NCBI GenBank assembly: GCA_030141605.1
Contig: JAQGDQ010000009.1
Span: 496,001-560,000 of the forward strand
DNA length: 64,000 nucleotides
DNA from: Tubiluchus corallicola
Lineage: Eukaryota; Animalia; Priapulida
Reading direction: 5' to 3'
Under the pieces are notes generated by a model. The model searched no databases. It saw nothing but the letters and a program-made list of their open reading frames with translations, and was not told the origin of the DNA. Made by a program: the position numbers and the translations under genes. Shown here piece after piece: positions 61,561 through 64,000 of this stretch (position 1 is its first letter; each line of letters opens with the position of its first letter).

Positions 61561-64000
61561 GGGATTTCATGTAGTCATTATTAAAATATACTATAAAATT
61601 TCGGTTAATTAGCAGATATAAAGCAGTTGAAAACTAAAAAAACTTCTATATATATAATTAACGTGATGTTTTAAGAAATGTGCGCCAACGCAGTACTGAA
61701 ATACCAATATGTTTTTACATAGAAATAATGCATGCACGCAGTAGGCTTAGGACTTTTAAATTTGCAAGAATACTTTTACATAATCATTTTTCGATTCTTT
61801 TTTGCTGTTTAATTTATAGTCAAAAATTCTGTATGATATAAGTTACATAATATTTACAGTGACGTTTCATAAATTAACAGTCTTAAAGTTAAATCTTAAA
61901 ATTAAATATAATAATAACGTTGACAAAATGTAAAAAAATATAATTAAAAGTATTATAAAAGTCATCGTTTTGTGCTTTGTAATAATGCAATTTTACGAAT
62001 CAAAATCAGCAATAATTATAAGCACGCATGCAGTTTTTTAGACAGTTTCATTTTGTAAGTACAAAAAATTTACACGTAAATTTTATACAATATAATATTT
62101 TATATAGAACTAGTACTGTATTAATTTCATACAATAATATAGTACCATTGTATTTAACTTGAAAGAGCACAACACTAAAGTCTCGATGATTAAAACTTAA
62201 CCTTTAAAGGCCAAAGATGATATTTACTGCTCTTAATTTGTACAGTTCGTAAACCGAGCTCCATTAATTAAACATGCGACGTAAAATAAAGTCAGTTTCA
62301 TGAAATAAAATTTAATTGAAAATATTCCACGCAGTTGACAGCCTATAGATACAGAACAAAATAATATAAACTGCGTTTAAAGGAAATCATATTATGAAAT
62401 AAGTACAGTTTTATAAAAATCCTGTTATTTCATATAAAGTGCAGAAAATTGCTAGTATTGTATTAACTGTAGAATTAAAAAAAAATTTATAAATTTCTAT
62501 AGTAGCTTCACGACGATGCACTACGCCAATGAAGAAACTGGTCATAATTTTTGTTATACTGTTGTGATTAGAGGTTAAGCAAGTACACTCATAGAAACCC
62601 CATGTTTTTCTATAAAATAATTGTCGATTAAGGATTTAAACTTTACTATGGTTGGTGCGGTAATCACCATGGCAGGCAGTATCTAGTAATGTCTATGAGC
62701 ATCACATGCATGTACAAACAGTGCAAATATATAGTTCATTAATTATAAATGCGCGTGTTCATGCCAAGGTTCATATTTGCACGGTTTATGGCTTCGTGCG
62801 TGGGTGGAGATTTATTATTTATTTATTTCCGTGTAGATGACGCCACGAGCGTCCACGTGTGAGTAGCACTTCAGCAGCATGGCCTCGCCAGGCTTGTCTA
62901 TTAGAATTAGTTTCAATTAGTTTTAAAATTTAAAAGGTAAAACTTGAATATTTATAAGTAGTGATGGGTAATGATGACAAATATCTTAATTAATTGCCAT
63001 TGTTGATTATATTTACCCAAATTAATTAATGGACCCCTTGGCAAGTTAGGTTAGCTAAGCAACTTGCAGCATGTATAAACGCATCAATTTCTTCGCAATT
63101 CATAGGAATTTTGTCGTTGGTGATCGCCGTTTTACTTAAATCCTGAAAAAATTATGTTCTCGAAACATATACGCAACTTGTATACCTAAGCCACAGCTCA
63201 AATTCTAAAAGTTTCTCTTTAGTCTTTACACTACAGGTCTCCGAATGGTAGAATTTATTTTGTCAAATTACAACATAACAGATTATTGTACATTTAACGT
63301 TGATGTCTCCAGAATGATTGAAAATGAATGAATGAACTGTACAATTATATGACGATAAATGTTGTATACACTTATATAGTGTAGATATTAAATTTTGAGC
63401 ATTCTTACAAATGAAGTTCTTGACAAATAACTCACCTTCGTGGTGAGTAAACCCTGATTTCCGTCTCTTGCACCAATCTGTCATCCACCGAGTAGCTAGC
63501 CAAAGAACACCCTTGTCCAGTTATTTGTTGTTGGTTTACTCTCCTCCTAATATACCAAAAGGTTAAACCTCCTAAAATACCTGAGAAGTTATCTATGGCA
63601 GATCCATTGCAATATAAATTGTACCAGTTTGTATTTGCATGCTACTCACGTATGTGTTTGTTAGTTTTATTGTTAACTTGGTGGAGTACTTTGAGGATTA
63701 TTAGAATAAAAAGTACTTATTGGAACAGAGTTATTTTATTTTGGCAATCATGATAATAGAAAGTATTTTAGGCATGAAAATATTTCACTAATTTTGTTAT
63801 GACCTGTTATCTTCTTTGTTAGTGGACAAATTGCCTTTATTTAACTAATTTTAATTAAAATTTAATTAAAGTGAAAAGTTAATCTCATTACAAATTTTTC
63901 TAATTGTACAAAATTACCCTTAAAATTTTGCTGAAAACTGCGATTTAAGTTTATGCTGATGCTATTGCATAGATAGCTTGCTCGAATAAATGAAGCTATT

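Noticed and set aside
63263-63560. Exon of a further gene at the right end of the window
   Set aside because: No recognisable motif, upstream in-frame stops and no convincing splice sites.

Overview
AT-rich, intron-containing animal (probably invertebrate) genomic DNA; no prokaryotic operon, CRISPR or rRNA signal. I assembled four host genes by hand from splice sites and reading frame. They are PRPF39 (+, 5'-truncated by the window, 13 visible coding exons, 1-10840), COA6 (-, 12870-13854, with a GC-AG intron), NAA30 (+, 25109-30427) and YAP/Yorkie (-, 61033-35456, 6 coding exons, 409 aa). Between the head-to-head COA6 and NAA30 lies a ~9-kb transposon block bracketed by a duplicated promoter-proximal segment. 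It holds a decayed CR1-type LINE and a full-length, young but disabled Ty3/Gypsy-like LTR retrotransposon (17627-23592). That element has atypical CG...CG termini, a 3-bp TSD, an LADD RT motif, a stretched zinc knuckle and a dUTPase-like linker (Troyka-like). Introns hold several MITEs with TIRs/TSDs, a tRNA-derived SINE and tandem repeats. The most interesting non-annotated signals are candidate poison exons in PRPF39, a TEAD-site cluster inside the YAP gene, and a YAP post-stop extension that again ends in W-L. All calls come from reading the sequence; no database searches were run.
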